The translations under genes were made by a program, and so were the position numbers. Shown here piece by piece: positions 1-12,335 of a DNA stretch of 64,000 nt; position 1 is the stretch's first letter; every line of letters begins with the position of its first letter. The notes beneath the pieces were generated by a model. That model did not search any database, was not told where the DNA came from, and worked only from the letters and a program-made list of their open reading frames with translations. Source of the DNA: Phoronis australis. Lineage: Eukaryota > Animalia > Phoronida. The stretch covers positions 894,711 through 958,710 of the forward strand of contig NMRA01000053.1 in assembly GCA_002633005.1 (NCBI GenBank). The letters run 5' to 3'.

Positions 1-350
1 TATACTTTGTGTTACTTCGTGACTACGAAGGAAAAGTTCCAAGTAGAAATTTGTTTCTGGCATTCTAATGCTGTGCTAATCTCGTATGTTGGTAAATTTG
101 TTTTTAATTCTATGTTTCTGTGAAGCTTAAACAACTGGTGTATAGGATGTGCTTGTATTATGAAGATCACTCACATTTTGCCCCTAGCCTATTGAGGAGA
201 CAATGACCATGCCTTTCCATTTCGCAAAGTACAACATACTACATATATGCCTTCTACTGGCCACTTTATGGTACCAATAAACAACCCTAGAAGGATACCG
301 TATGCGGTGCAATTGTGGGCGCATTTCAATGCTCTGGGTTGCTCTTGTTT
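1..350 (+). mobile_element. 3' part of a Helentron-associated (HINE/DINE-like) repeat
   Basis: 42-350 is near-identical to 38805-39110; 3' end GCGCATTTCAA..GTTGCTCTTGTT. Confidence 0.6.
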
Positions 351-429
351 ATTTGTGGAACGATTCATCAGTTGGATAAATTTCCTCTTTTTGTCATTCG
401 TCTCTCCCTGTTGTTAATACTGTATGAAT

Positions 430-2001
430 TTTTTATGTGTCTACATGTTTATATGTGGACGCATTATGCCGTCAGGCGTCCGCTGCTCTATCTCCAAAAC
501 CCTTTGACATATGTTCAAGAAATTTTGCACATATGTTCCTATCATGGATGGGACGGCATGAGCGAATTTTCGGACAGATCTAACTACCGGTGTGCCCCCT
601 ATTGCAAGGCTTGGAATTTTCCGCGGAAACGTGGATTTCCGCTTTTTTCAAATGTTCTGTCCGCGGATTTGATATAAAATTTCCGCGGCAAATTTCTTTC
701 TTACCTCCACGTTGCCGACGACTTTCTCCTCGAAAAGCGGAAGTAGCTCTTTATGTCTTTTTGTTTCGGAGGAACGTAAATTGTCAACATTGCCGGGGCA
801 TCTGGGATAGCGTGGTGGATTTCCTCAATGGTGGCTCGTGTGATTGTAAACCGCGGTGTGACAAATACTACGACTCTGCAGCCAAAAATGTTTGGAGGTG
901 GGAGTGGCGGACGAGCTAAGACAGAAGCAGACGCACGCTTCCGCAGGTGGTACCGTTTCTTCTTTTTTTTAGTCCTCTCGATTTTTGTCGGCAAAAGGTC
1001 CACACCGACTTTTTCAAGGCTGGCTGCGCGCATGTTTCGGGCCGTAAAAATTTCCGCGTTTTTCGCCATTGGTCATTCCAAGCCCTGTTTCATGAAATTT
1101 GAAATATAGGCACCTATTAGTGGGATGAAGCTATCCTCCCATTTTTACTGTTTTTTACGTCCACCCCTCTATCAACCAAAGGTTGATTGTGAAAATGGAC
1201 ATTTATGTTCTTACTACGAAGCTGACGATGATTTATCAATGACTTCAACTACGGTGGCGCCTCCTAGTGGCAGTTATGTTTTTTGTGCCCATGGCTGTAT
1301 CTCCTAAACCGCATCTTTGCTAAATTTAGCAAGTGTATTTATATGATGTTAACAACGGATGACAACTTTGACTACCAGTGTGCCCCCTAGTGGCAGTTTT
1401 CATTTTTTAGCCTGTATCTTGAAAGGCCCTCAACGGATTATCAGAAAGTTTGGAATATAGGCATTTATTAGTGAGATGATGCCATCCTCTTGCTTTCAGA
1501 TGGAATCGAGGAACTTTTGCGCCACCTAGTGGCCATTTTTCCTGTTTTTGAGTCTTGTTCTTTGGTGTCCACCCCTCTATGAAGAGGACAGTTGACAATA
1601 ACGCATTCGACTACTGTAGCGTCTCCCAGTGGTAGTTTTGTTGTGCACCCTTAGCTGCATCTCCTGAACTCGCTGCAGGATCTTTATTAAATTTAGTAAT
1701 TATGAAGCTAACAACAGATGGCTTCGTCTTTCAGGCGGATCCAATGAAGGCTGTGTCCCAAAGTGGCAATTTCATTATGTTTTTGTTTTCCTTTGGTTCT
1801 CTGAAGTTCCTTGACAGACTTTTATGAAATTTGGTAAATAGCTCTCTATTAAAGAAGCGATGGCATGTACCCATTTTCAGATGGATTGGATGTTTTTTCT
1901 CCCTCTCTTGGCTATTTTTATGAAACAAATAAACAATCCTAGAAGCACTCAGTTTGCAGTGCATTCGTGGGCACATTTCAACACTCCGCGTTGCTCTTGT
2001 T
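430..2001 (+). mobile_element. HINE/DINE-like non-autonomous Helentron repeat with internal repeat units
   Basis: 5' hairpin (CACAT..ATGTG); repeated units containing GCCCCCTAGTGGC/GCCACCTAGTGGC; 3' end shared with other copies; interrupted by the MITE at 605-1087. Confidence 0.55.
605..1087. mobile_element. hAT-like MITE, family A (TIR CAGGGCTTGGAAT)
   Basis: CAAGGCTTGGAAT ... ATTCCAAGCCCTG; homologous to 30932-31452 and 36497-38016. Confidence 0.75.
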
Positions 2002-2559
2002 TAGTGTGGAGAACACTGGGTTGAGCAAAATACTGTCAACATGTGGTTTAGTTTTTAAGACCAGCATTAAGTTGAATTGACAATTGAAGTTTTCCCTGTT
2101 ACTTGTTTTTGTGGTAATTGCCCATTGCATTTGCATTTAGATTGCAAAGTATGGTTGCGGATGTTGAGTTCAGACTGAAATTAAGACTGAGTTAGACCGA
2201 AGGCGAAGTTTCAGAAAAGACCATTTCGGTCTTATCTAAGTCATTTTTTTACATAAGTGAGCATACAAAATATGCTCTTGTGAATTTAGAAATCTATGTG
2301 AGACGGTGTGTGAAATGCAATTATTTCTGTTGCCTCTATCTGCCAAACCGTTCAAAGGATCATGAAAATTTGCAGATGTGTTCCTGAGGAGGACACGACT
2401 GGCGTTGACTTGCAGATGGTCTGACTTATGTTAGTGTTTTTTTTACGTCTATGGCCAAATCTCCTTAAACCCTATGAGAGAGTTTAGTGCTATTTCTGTC
2501 TCAGCTCAGACAGGAAATTTTTCATGAAACGGGCCCCTGTATGTTATTGATTTGTGCAG

Positions 2560-2767
2560 GAATCGAACAAGCCAGAGGCACACGTAACAGTGAACAAGAT
2601 GTTTGTGGGTGGCATTAAGGAACATCACACTGAAGAAGGTCTGCGCAACCTGTTCAATTACGGCAACATCGAGAAGGTAGAAATCATCAAGGACAAGACT
2701 ACTGATAAGCCTCGTGGCTTTGCCTTTATTACCTTCGACGACCATGACCCAGTCGACAGATACTACT
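2560..2767 (+). CDS. paralog 1 RRM2 exon ([21 protein letters not shown]...DHDPVDRYY)
   Basis: tttgtgcag|GAA ... TACT|gtaagc; 208 nt, same length as paralog 2 exon 34485-34692. Confidence 0.92.
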
Positions 2768-5700
2768 GTAAGCATTGTCAATGTGACTTCTTTATTTATT
2801 AGTGTCAAATTTTTTTTGAGGATAGCTCAAACATTGTTTTTGTGCGCCCACATATTTATACGTGGGAGATCTTTTGGTGTCGATTGCATTATAACATTGC
2901 TTTAATAAAATGTTATAATTGTTCATCTGGCTCTTTTACAGTGATCCACAACTTTGAGCTTGGTGGCAGCTCACTGGAGGTAAAGAAAGCTCTGAGCAAA
3001 CAAGAGTTGGCGAAGGCAAAGGAGGAACATGAACGGAAGATGATGAGGACTGGTGGCCAGGGTGGACGTGGTGGCGGCTTCATGGGTGAGTTGGCCCAGG
3101 GTGGTTCAGTGTCAGACCAAATGGTCCCAGCTGTTTACTATTTGTATGCCCACATGTTTACGTGTGGGTGCATGTGGCCATCGTCTGTCTAGGTGTCCGA
3201 TGTCCGCAGGTGTATCACATTGAGATTTGGTAGATGTGTTCCTATTAAGCTGATGACAGACGACGACAGGTTTCAGACTGGTCCTGACCTCTAGGGCCAA
3301 ATTTTATTTTATTTTATTTTATTTTTTGTACCTGAGGTTCCTTGATGGATTCTCATGAAATTTAGCATATATGTTTTCATTAAAAGGGCACTGTAGTAAA
3401 AGTAAAGCAGCAGTTAACCGGTTCTAACATACAAATAACAGACCTGTGTACCATACGCAAAAAAAAATGTGGATTCGTACGGAAATCAAGCCTCCAGTAC
3501 GCAATTATTCTCCTCTTTTCGTATGGAATCGAGGTATTTTGCGCCACCTAATGGCCATTTTGCTGTTTTCGAGTGTTTTTTTGGCATCCATCCCTCTATC
3601 AACCAAACCATTTTAAGGTTTTATTTTGAAAATTGGCTTTCTCGGTGTGAAGAGGACAGTTGACGATGATGACTTCGACTGCTGTGGCACCTCATAGTTG
3701 TAGTTTTGTTTTGTTTTGTTTTGTTTTGTTTTGCATCCTTAACTAATCTCCTAAACCCATTGCAAGATCTTTATTATTAAATTTAGAAAGTGTATTTATA
3801 TGAAGCTAAAAGCAGTTACAAGCGGATCCAATGATTGCTCTGCCCCCTAGTGGCAATTTCATTTTTTTCTATTTTCTTTTGTTTCTCTGAAGTTCCTTGA
3901 CAGATTTTTATGAAATTTGGTAAAAATCTTTCTATTAAAGAAGCGGTGGTATGTTCCCGTTTTCGGATGGAGTGGACTACAAATAACGAACCCTAGAAGC
4001 ACCCCGTTTGTGGTACATTCATCAGCGCATTTCAACGCCCCGCGTTGCTCTTGTTCTAGCTTTTTGACATTGGCTTGGATCGAAATTCTCACGCTTTATC
4101 AACCGCAACCACCAACTTTTGTCGCGGATCTTTTCTTCGTGGTGGGAAATGTACGTAATATATTCTAGTTCATCCATTAATACTTCAAAAGGTTTGCTTT
4201 TTTGTTCGTAAGACATTAGTACATCCCTCCACACAGCAGTGGAAATTTGCCAGCTTTTTAGTAACAGGACGGTGTTAAAACGCTTTTCATACACTTTTGG
4301 CACCTGATAGTGATCATTTTTTACTTTTGCAACCGTGGTAGTAGCTTCTTGGCAGGTGTCATGCTGTAGGTGTGACAATGGCTGCTCATGAGTTTTTGAA
4401 TGGCTCTGACTACCGCTTTGCCCCCTAGTGGCAATTCTATTTCGTACCATTGCCTGTATATCTGTTTTCCTTGATATTTTTTCATGAAATTTGGCAAACA
4501 AGTTTTTATTGTGGAAATTACTGCATACTAGCAGCTTTCCGATTTGTGCCATCCCATGGTTATTTTCATGACGGTGTTCTCCACAATACCAACTCCAAAC
4601 TCTACGCAAATTTCTAGAGTTCAATATCAGTAGTAAACACTATCTTTTCTCTAGTCTATAGCCTTAACATCCCCACTGGAGGTATTAATATATGTTTCAA
4701 ATACACTGAACTGGTCAGGTCTGACCTACTTTTTGATACTGTGTAGGGCCTACGCGTGAATACCGTGAAAAGTACTCTTAAGTGCCCATTCCGCTGACGA
4801 CTCTCACGAATAAAAAAAAACCTTGTTGTTAGAAGCACATGGCCAGGAAGCACACGCTACATACCTTCGCAGACAATAGTCTTCGGGAACTATACATTAA
4901 ACTATATGGGTAGTATATCAGCAAGAAATAAACACTGGCACTAATTTCAGAAAGTTTCTAATGCCGTTACTTTTAAAAGGGATTGCTTTATTAATCACTT
5001 GTTTAATGTATTCATAATTGGTGTTTTTAAAGTAAAATACCTGATAAAATGCCCCACTGATAGTGGACACCTCCGCCCCTGAATCTCACGGAAAATAACT
5101 CTGTCACTCGTCCAGTCACCCACCGACACAATGTCATTTGGCCAAGACATTTCTTGCACGTTTTAACAGTTGGTGTGATCAGCAATAGCTCACTTGCGGG
5201 TTTCTCGGTAGTCAATGTGACGTCACCGGAAGAGGGGCAAAACCCTCCATATTGGTCTTGTTTTGCCCCGAGTCTTTGCTACACATGCTAAGTCTTACTA
5301 GAGTTCTTATGGTGAATTTTACGCTTAAAACGTTAACACAACTTAAGAGATGGTGGATGGATCGTGGAATAATTGTGGATGGACGAAAAAAATGTGAACT
5401 TGTCATGTTGTGCGAAGCTGTGAACGGACTGAAATTGGAACTGAACTCAGTCTAGGCCTGAATGCCGCAGGCATACACGGGCGATAGTATATCCCCAAAA
5501 AGTTACTCATTTCAAAATACAGCTAATAAAATCAAATGAAACCTGCATATTTGCACATGGAGTTATTATTAACACATACCCTGACTCTGGATACATTTAT
5601 TCTACAAATAACTTGAACATATCCATGAAGACTTCGCAGTTTGATCGCTCGAGTTTCTCTTACCGAGCGCCATTTTGAGGAAGTTACGTGAAATCACGCC

Positions 5701-8700
5701 TGTTGACGAACAAAAAGTCCAAGGGACACAAATCTTACAAATTTCACGTGATATTTTTCATGCTATTTTGCAAGTGTCACGCGCCAGGTCTCGCGCTGAG
5801 CTCAGTCTCGCGCTAGCTGTTGCCTCATACTCACCTGACTCAGTTGAAACACTTTGTGGTTATCGCGCGCGCGGTCAAAGTTAACAGCAACCACAAAGTG
5901 GAGTTGGAATTCTTCGCCAAATTCACCTGAATTCCCGTAGCTATGCTTCATCGAAGATATGTTTAGAAGCAGAAAGGGTCACTGAAGAAAGTAAGCGCCT
6001 TTTAGGTGATCATTTTAGGCGTAGAAAGTATTTTTGACGAGGTGAAAACTTAATCAATGAGCGGATTTTGCCTACCGCCCGTTCAAATACACGTGATGAA
6101 ATTAGTGCAGAACGCTGTAGAACATATTGTTGTGCGAATCTTAATTTCATTTGGCATAACAGCAATGCTTGTTTGGCATTTTTCGAACTAAATGGCTAAA
6201 AACTTGAAGAAAATAACAGAATACACTCTGCTACCGTATTGGGCAAATGGCCAAACGACAAGCTTTTGCCCCACTTCCCGTGACGTCACAGTTGTCTCAC
6301 ATATTCTCGCGTTATTGTTATAAACTCGCAAAAGGACTATTGCTAACTAGTGTTATGGCCCCGGCCTTAGGCCCAAACAAGCCTGATGTACCGCAAAAGG
6401 CATCAGGCCACCCGCACCTTTTTTAAGTGCTAAATGGAACGCGTTCTCGTGATACTGCTTGTGTTATTTCTTTAGTTACTATGCACACCTAAATCGCTAG
6501 GCCTACAATGCATTTACTCCGGCAAATGAACGCTGATGACACGCACGCGCTCGCCCACTCAAAATAAAGGTCATGTGACTACGACGTGTGTTTTAGAGAT
6601 TTTTGTCGTGTTGCTGGGTACGATATTGCCCAAATTTGAACCTATATCGTTCTTAATACTGACACCACAGGAACTTAGAATCTTAGGGATGCTATTTTGA
6701 AAACTTAAGTGAGGATTTCGGGTAATTTGTTCAGTCGAAACTGTATTTTTATTCAAGCTGCCCCATCGTCAATCGCGAGGCATCAGTGCATTGGCGAGTT
6801 TTTGCCCTAGGATTTCAGTACAATTTTCTGTAAAATGATTGTAATTTAACTAAGAAATATGATAGCAATGCCCCATCGTTAGTCTACAGATACATCACGC
6901 ACCATAAATTTGATGAATCCTAGCTTCTGGTTTCAACCGCCTTGGGTTACAATATTCAATAGCCACCTCCTCCTGAAACGAATTTCACTAAGCGCCCGGG
7001 GCGCCTTATTACAGCGAATACGGTACTGTTAACTGCCTCTTAGTAAAGTGAACTATGTTTACTGTTGGTAAAATCAGGCTCTGATTAGATGCTGTGTGCT
7101 GAAGTACCAAGCCAGCCAAAATTTTAAACCTGGCACGGCAATTTTTAAACTTGACGTGCATTCCCCAAACTCGACAGCAAAATCCAAACTCGTTAACGCG
7201 TCTAGTCAAAAGAGATCATGGATAACACTGCATGATGCCAAATACACATCGCTAGATGCGCACCGTTTGCTTTACAACACTCTGTGGTGCTCTTCATTAA
7301 TGGAGTTGGGATTTGTGCTTGGAATTCCAGTCACAGCACTATATGTGAACCTGATGGATAGTGCATTATTGTCTGCCCCCAAATATGACTGAATACATAT
7401 GACTTGGTCAACATGCTCTTGGCAGCATTTAATTGGCGATAACTACTCTAACATCAGGAATATACTTTAGAGCGTTGATGTTTTTTGATGAAGTTTCCAA
7501 AGTTAAACTATTACCACTTCACCGTTGTCCGTGTTGTGCAAGGTTCATTACACTGTAGATCTTATACATGTCACACAGATAAACAGTTGTTTCTAGACTA
7601 GTTAATTAGTCTTCTGTGTGAAACTTGACCTGTTTTCTTGTGTCCGTAGGAGGTCGAGGAGGAGGACGAGGTGGTCGCGGTGGCGGTGGCCGTGGTGATT
7701 TTTACAATAACCAGTATAACGGTGGTGGTGGTGGTGGCGGCGGAGGTGGCTTTGGTAAGTACTGATGATTAGGTAACAGGCGGTGATTGTTTTTCTTTCC
7801 ATTTTTTGGGCAGAACATCTGGATTCCCCAGATTTGAGCATTCCTTTTGTTCATTCTTTCCAAACATGCAGGACTTCCCCTAACATCGCCTAGGTAATCT
7901 AGGTTTTCTTTTATTACTGTGATAATAGGAAATGCTTATTATAATGTTTGATGTTAAGCTAAAAAGCCAGTAGATAGTGTCTGGTCTGTGTGATTTTGTT
8001 AATGTTCTGGTTGTCATCATTCATAATGAAACTTGTTAGGCTTTAGATGACTTGTCGCGATTGAGCTCATGGTAAAATCTATCGCATTGCTCAAGAATTA
8101 GGTTAGCTATCATTAAAACGTGCTAAATTTAAAGCTTTGTACATGAATCAAACGGGGGTATGTTCATTATGACAAGTTAGAGCATGACTCTCCTTTAAGT
8201 ACCTTAAAGCACGACCTAATTTTCTATATACACCCAGCTTTAGATGCCTTTTGCTGAGAATTGAAGACTCGTTCTGCTGTTGTGTTAACTATGAAAAACT
8301 GTGATGCTTTATTGCTAGGTATGCTTCTAATCACTAGTGTACAGAGACATTGGAGAGGATAGTGTATTTTAGGGGATGCAGTTTGGTATTATATATTCTC
8401 TACTGAAAAAAACAAACTGAACAGTCAGTCTATAGTGTAGTTTAAATTGTTGCTAAATTTAGATAAAGCCATAGTCTTTCAGGCTTTGTGGACTCTGTCC
8501 GCGTTCCTTGTGGGTTTTTGTCTTCTCAGCTGACGGGTGGCATTATCAAATGTGCTGGCGGAAAGGGCAGCCGAGGTTGCCCCTTCGGTGGTAGAGGGGG
8601 TTGTTGGGGTTTCAACAACAACAGCCATATGGGAAGCAACATGGACCCTCCAGTGGGTGGATTTGGCAATGGGGGTGGACCCCCAACTTTAACCACAGTC

Positions 8701-11625
8701 CTGGAAATTCCAAGTCACGGTCAAATTTCAACTGTGGTTCTAATCAAAACTTTGGTGGTCCTCACAATCTGGCCTCACAGTGGGGAATCGAATGGACAAA
8801 TGTAGGTTTCAGTCTAAGGAATGATTGCTTGCATAATTATTTTGAGTCACTTTCAAATAGTGCAGACTAGTACCAGGTAATGTTGGGTTATTACCTAAAA
8901 ATCTTAGGGATAAGGTGTTCACAAGATCCATTGATTCCCACTTTGATAGTTTGTATGTGCTTAAGACTTGAACTCTGAGGTAATCATAACATTTGCATGT
9001 TATCAAGTAAAGTTTTGCTTTTGAAGTGAAAATGTGAATGTACATTAGTAGGATTTTAGTCCAGTAGAAAATATGACCAAATGGTGCCTCTTTGGATGAT
9101 TATAGTTTATTTATGTGTCTTCAGACATTAACTCCTACTACAGAGTTTTCATTAAAAACTAGACTGATTGCTTGATGAGTGGTCAGGGTTTTGGTTGGCA
9201 GAGAACATGGACTGTGTATTTATGGTCCTTTTTCAAGTGTGTAGTGTCCCAGTGCAGTATAAATACCATGTCTGTCTTGCAGGCAGCTACAACCAAGGAG
9301 GAGGCTACAACCAGGGTGGTGGCTACAACCAGGGTGGTGGCTACAACCAGGGCGGTGGTTATAACCAGGGCGGTGGTTATAACCAAGGCGGCGGTTATAA
9401 CTCAGGCGGTGGCTACTCTGGTGGTGGTGGTGATGGCTACAGTGGTGGATATGGGCAGGGCAGCTACAACCAGGGTAAGTGCCTGTTGCCCACTGCTATA
9501 ATGTTATGTTAGATTATTAAAGGAATTGTCATGATGTGTTAATTATTCACAAAAACGCTTCAATACTCAAGTATCACATTCATTAGCAAAGCCTCTCCTA
9601 TTAATGGTTCTTCACAACAAGTCACATGTCATTTTACCGTGTGAGCAGCTCCACCTGTTAGTGTTAAAGCCCTTAGTCATGTGGGTAGCTTTTGCATATT
9701 TGTTTATTTATTTATTTATTTAGAACCAAGTCCTTCGATAAAAACAACACGGTCACAAAAATTGCATTTTATTAATACTGGAATGCTCAAATATTGGCTA
9801 TTTGATTTTTCCCAACATGTTCTGTTGTTACTGTACAAGTTGGTCTGGGAAGTAGTTTTACATATGGAACCTATTTTAGTTGCAGTCAGTTTGTTTTTAG
9901 CCTCTTTCGAATTTCAGTCCCAAGTGCTCCAGGCATTTCACGGTGACACTCGTGTGTCTCAATGTTCGCTCTTCTTATTGTAGGTGGTGGCCAGTGGCAG
10001 AATGATGGCTTTGGCAGCTATAACCAGCAGGGTTACAGTGGAGGTCCGATGAAACAACAGAACTACGGTAAGGATACCTGATAAGTACACCTCTCAGTGT
10101 TCTCCACAATACTAATTCCAAACTCGACGCAAATTTCTAGAGTTCAGTATCAGTCCTAGCGGTGATGTTAAAACATCTCCGTTGGAGGTATTTATATATG
10201 TTTCAAAAATGTACATTGAACTAGTCAGGTGTGACCTGTTTAAAACTTTGTAGGGCCTACATGTGAAAACCGCTGATGACTGTCTCACTAATAAAAAACT
10301 TGTTAAAAGCACGTGGCCAGGAAGCGCGCGCTACATACCTGTCACTTGACTTCGCAGACATTAGTCTCCGGGAACTATCAATGAAACTACGCCGGGTTGC
10401 CATATCAGCAATAAATAAATATGTGGCACTATTTTCAGAAAGTTTCTAATGCCCTAGAGAGATTGCCTTATTAATCACTTTTTCAATGTATTCATAACTG
10501 GTGTTTTTAAACTAAACTACCTGATAAAATGCCCCTCTGATATTGGACACCTCCGCCTTCGAATCTCCCGGAAAATAACTCCAGACTGTCACACATCCAG
10601 TCACCCGGTGACTCCACGACATTCGGCCTTAGGCCCTACCGAGACAATTCTTGCACGTTTTAATAGTAGATGTGATCAGCAAGTGCTAAATAAAACGCGT
10701 TCTCGTGATACTGCTTGTGTTATTTCTTTAGTTACAATGCACACCTCTGGCAAATGAACGCTGATGACTTGCACGCGCTCGCTCACTCACACATGCAGAC
10801 GATCTTCACAACAAAGGTCACGTGACTACGACATGTGTTTGTCCAGAGATAATCTTGCGCAGATTTAACCAGATTTAGCCTATCATGTTCATAAAACCGA
10901 CTCCACAGGAACTTAAAATCTTAGGGACGGTATTTGGAAAACTTAAGTGAGGATTTCAGGTAATTTGTTGAGCCGAAACTATATTTCTATTCAAGCAGCC
11001 CTGTCGACGATCGCTAGGCAGCGGCGCAAAAAGTCGGCGAGTTTTCGCTCGGGGATTTCAGCACAATTTTCTGTAGAATGATTGTAATTTAACAATGACT
11101 AAGTTTGATAGCAATGCGCCACAGTTTTGTTGTTTTATTGAAAGCCTGTCACAAGCTACCGATACATCACATAGCGTAAATTTGATGAATCCTGGCTTCC
11201 GATTTCACCCGTTGCGGAGACCGGGTATTAACCGCCTTTAGTTAAAATAAGCGCCCCCGCCCCGGGCGCCTTAATCCGGTGAATACGGTGCTGTTTGACT
11301 GCCTCTGATTAGATGCTGAGGGCTGCAGTACTAAGTCGGCCAAGGTTTCAAACCTGGCACTGCAATTTTTAAACTTAACACGCTTTCCCCAAACTCTACG
11401 CGGCAAAATCCAAACTGGTTACCGCTAATTGTCTAGTTTTCAATGTTATATGATAAATAAAAATCGTCTTCTCAGTGCCTCGTTCACTCCGGTGGTGTTT
11501 GCTGAAAAGTTGTTAACTTAGTGTTTAATAGTGCGGTGTTGATCTGTGTTCAAGAACTAACTTGATGCATTTCAGGTGGTGGTGGTGGCGGCGGCGGCTA
11601 TGGAGGAGGCTACAACAGGCGGTAG
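2560..11625 (+). CDS. hnRNPA1-like: hnRNP A/B-family RNA-binding protein, paralog 1 (5'-partial; exon 1 and RRM1 exon lie before the window)
   Basis: Spliced model with canonical AG/GT sites: 2560-2767, 2942-3085, 7650-7754, 9283-9474, 9984-10067, 11576-11625 (TAG). RRM2 has RNP2 MFVGGI and RNP1 RGFAFITF, followed by an RGG box, YNQGGG repeats, M9-like [16 protein letters not shown] and ...GGGYNRR*. All junctions after RRM2 are phase 1 and join in frame. Confidence 0.88.
2942..3085 (+). CDS. paralog 1 exon: RRM2 C-terminus ([10 protein letters not shown]) and start of RGG
   Basis: cttttacag|TG ... ATGG|gtgagt. Confidence 0.9.
3141..4056 (+). mobile_element. HINE/DINE-like repeat (degenerate)
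   Basis: Same 5' hairpin, internal units and 3' end as 430-2001; contains (ATTTT)n and (TTTTG)n tracts. Confidence 0.5.
4572..7230. mobile_element. hAT-like non-autonomous element, family B (TIR CAGTGTTCTCCAC), with nested insertions
   Basis: CGGTGTTCTCCA ... TGGATAACACTG; 5-bp TSD CATGA on both sides. Confidence 0.75.
5187..6338. mobile_element. ISL2EU/Harbinger-like element relic
   Basis: AT|AG..TTGCG ... CGCAA..CT|AT termini; subterminal inverted TGTGACGTCAC..GGAAG.GGGGCAAAA; SAP-like [25 protein letters not shown] on + and THAP-like [13 protein letters not shown] on - from 6179. Confidence 0.55.
7650..7754 (+). CDS. paralog 1 RGG-box exon
   Basis: tgtccgtag|GA ... TTTG|gtaagt; 105 nt; homologous to 39931-40023. 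Confidence 0.88.
8530..8769 (+). pseudogene. degenerate remnant (pseudo-exon) of the large G/N/Q-rich exon in paralog 1
   Basis: Aligns to 41222-41464 with frameshifts and G>C-type substitutions. At ~8770 it is fused to sequence matching intronic 42740+, so the donor site is deleted. Confidence 0.85.
9283..9474 (+). CDS. paralog 1 (YNQGGG)n exon
   Basis: gtcttgcag|GC ... CAGG|gtaagt; 192 nt; 18-nt tandem repeat units. Confidence 0.9.
9984..10067 (+). CDS. paralog 1 M9-like exon ([28 protein letters not shown])
   Basis: cttattgtag|GT ... TACG|gtaagg; 84 nt. Confidence 0.88.
10095..11427. mobile_element. family B element (right TIR lost) carrying a pogo/mariner-like segment
   Basis: Starts CAGTGTTCTCCAC; colinear with 4572-7230; absent from the equivalent intron of paralog 2 (46192-46374). 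Confidence 0.7.
11576..11625 (+). CDS. paralog 1 last coding exon ([16 protein letters not shown])
   Basis: gcatttcag|GT; TAG at 11623-11625; the exon continues to donor TG|gtaagt at 11663/11664. Confidence 0.88.
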
Positions 11626-11897
11626 ACCTTTGGTTTCCACTCCATATTACAGTCCCTGTTTTGGTAAGTTTAAGCTTATTTTGATCACAAAATTTTCATC
11701 CTACACCATAAGCAGCTGTTCGTTTAAAGACTGTCGCAGCTAAAGTGAATTGCCAGTGTTTAATGTAAAATTTTAACTCCATATTTTAAAATTCTGTTGA
11801 GTTATTCAATACTGAATTGCATATATGCTATGAAATGCATTTAGCTGTTGTGTATACCATGAGATTAATTGATTTTTTTATTTTATTACACATCTAG

Positions 11898-12335
11898 GTA
11901 AACACTTATAGTTATAAGTTAAGAGCAGTGAGGCGAATTTATAGCTATGAGTCGGGGAGTACCACAGTCTGTACTTAGCCACAGCCAGTTTCAAACGTTA
12001 CCCAGCAAGCAATAGTGACTATGGAATACGTCTAGAAATAGGAAGCTGGCAGAGGACATAGCATTAGACCGAGGTTATGAAAGAGGCCGTCCTAGATTTA
12101 TGTTAGATGTGATTACCCGTCACTATCTGGCTAATCATCGTGGTAGTGTTTTTGAAACAGTGACCGTAATACAGTGAGTTAAGAGACTATGCTGATTCTC
12201 GGCGATACCCATCATCCAATCAGAAGTTACTTCGGTTTTAGTGAGAATAGTCGTAATTTTATCTTTGTATTTGTGTTGCTCTTTTCCTATCGAAGAGTCC
12301 TGAATTTTTATTATATTTTCTTGTACGTAAATAAA
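11898..12335 (+). other. paralog 1 proximal 3'-UTR terminal exon with poly(A) signal
   Basis: U-rich acceptor ttttttattttattacacatctag| at 11897; AATAAA at 12330-12335; nearly identical to 46698-47125. Confidence 0.7.

Noticed and set aside
4022-4624. 200-aa minus-strand ORF
   Set aside because: Crosses TE boundaries and shows no recognisable domain
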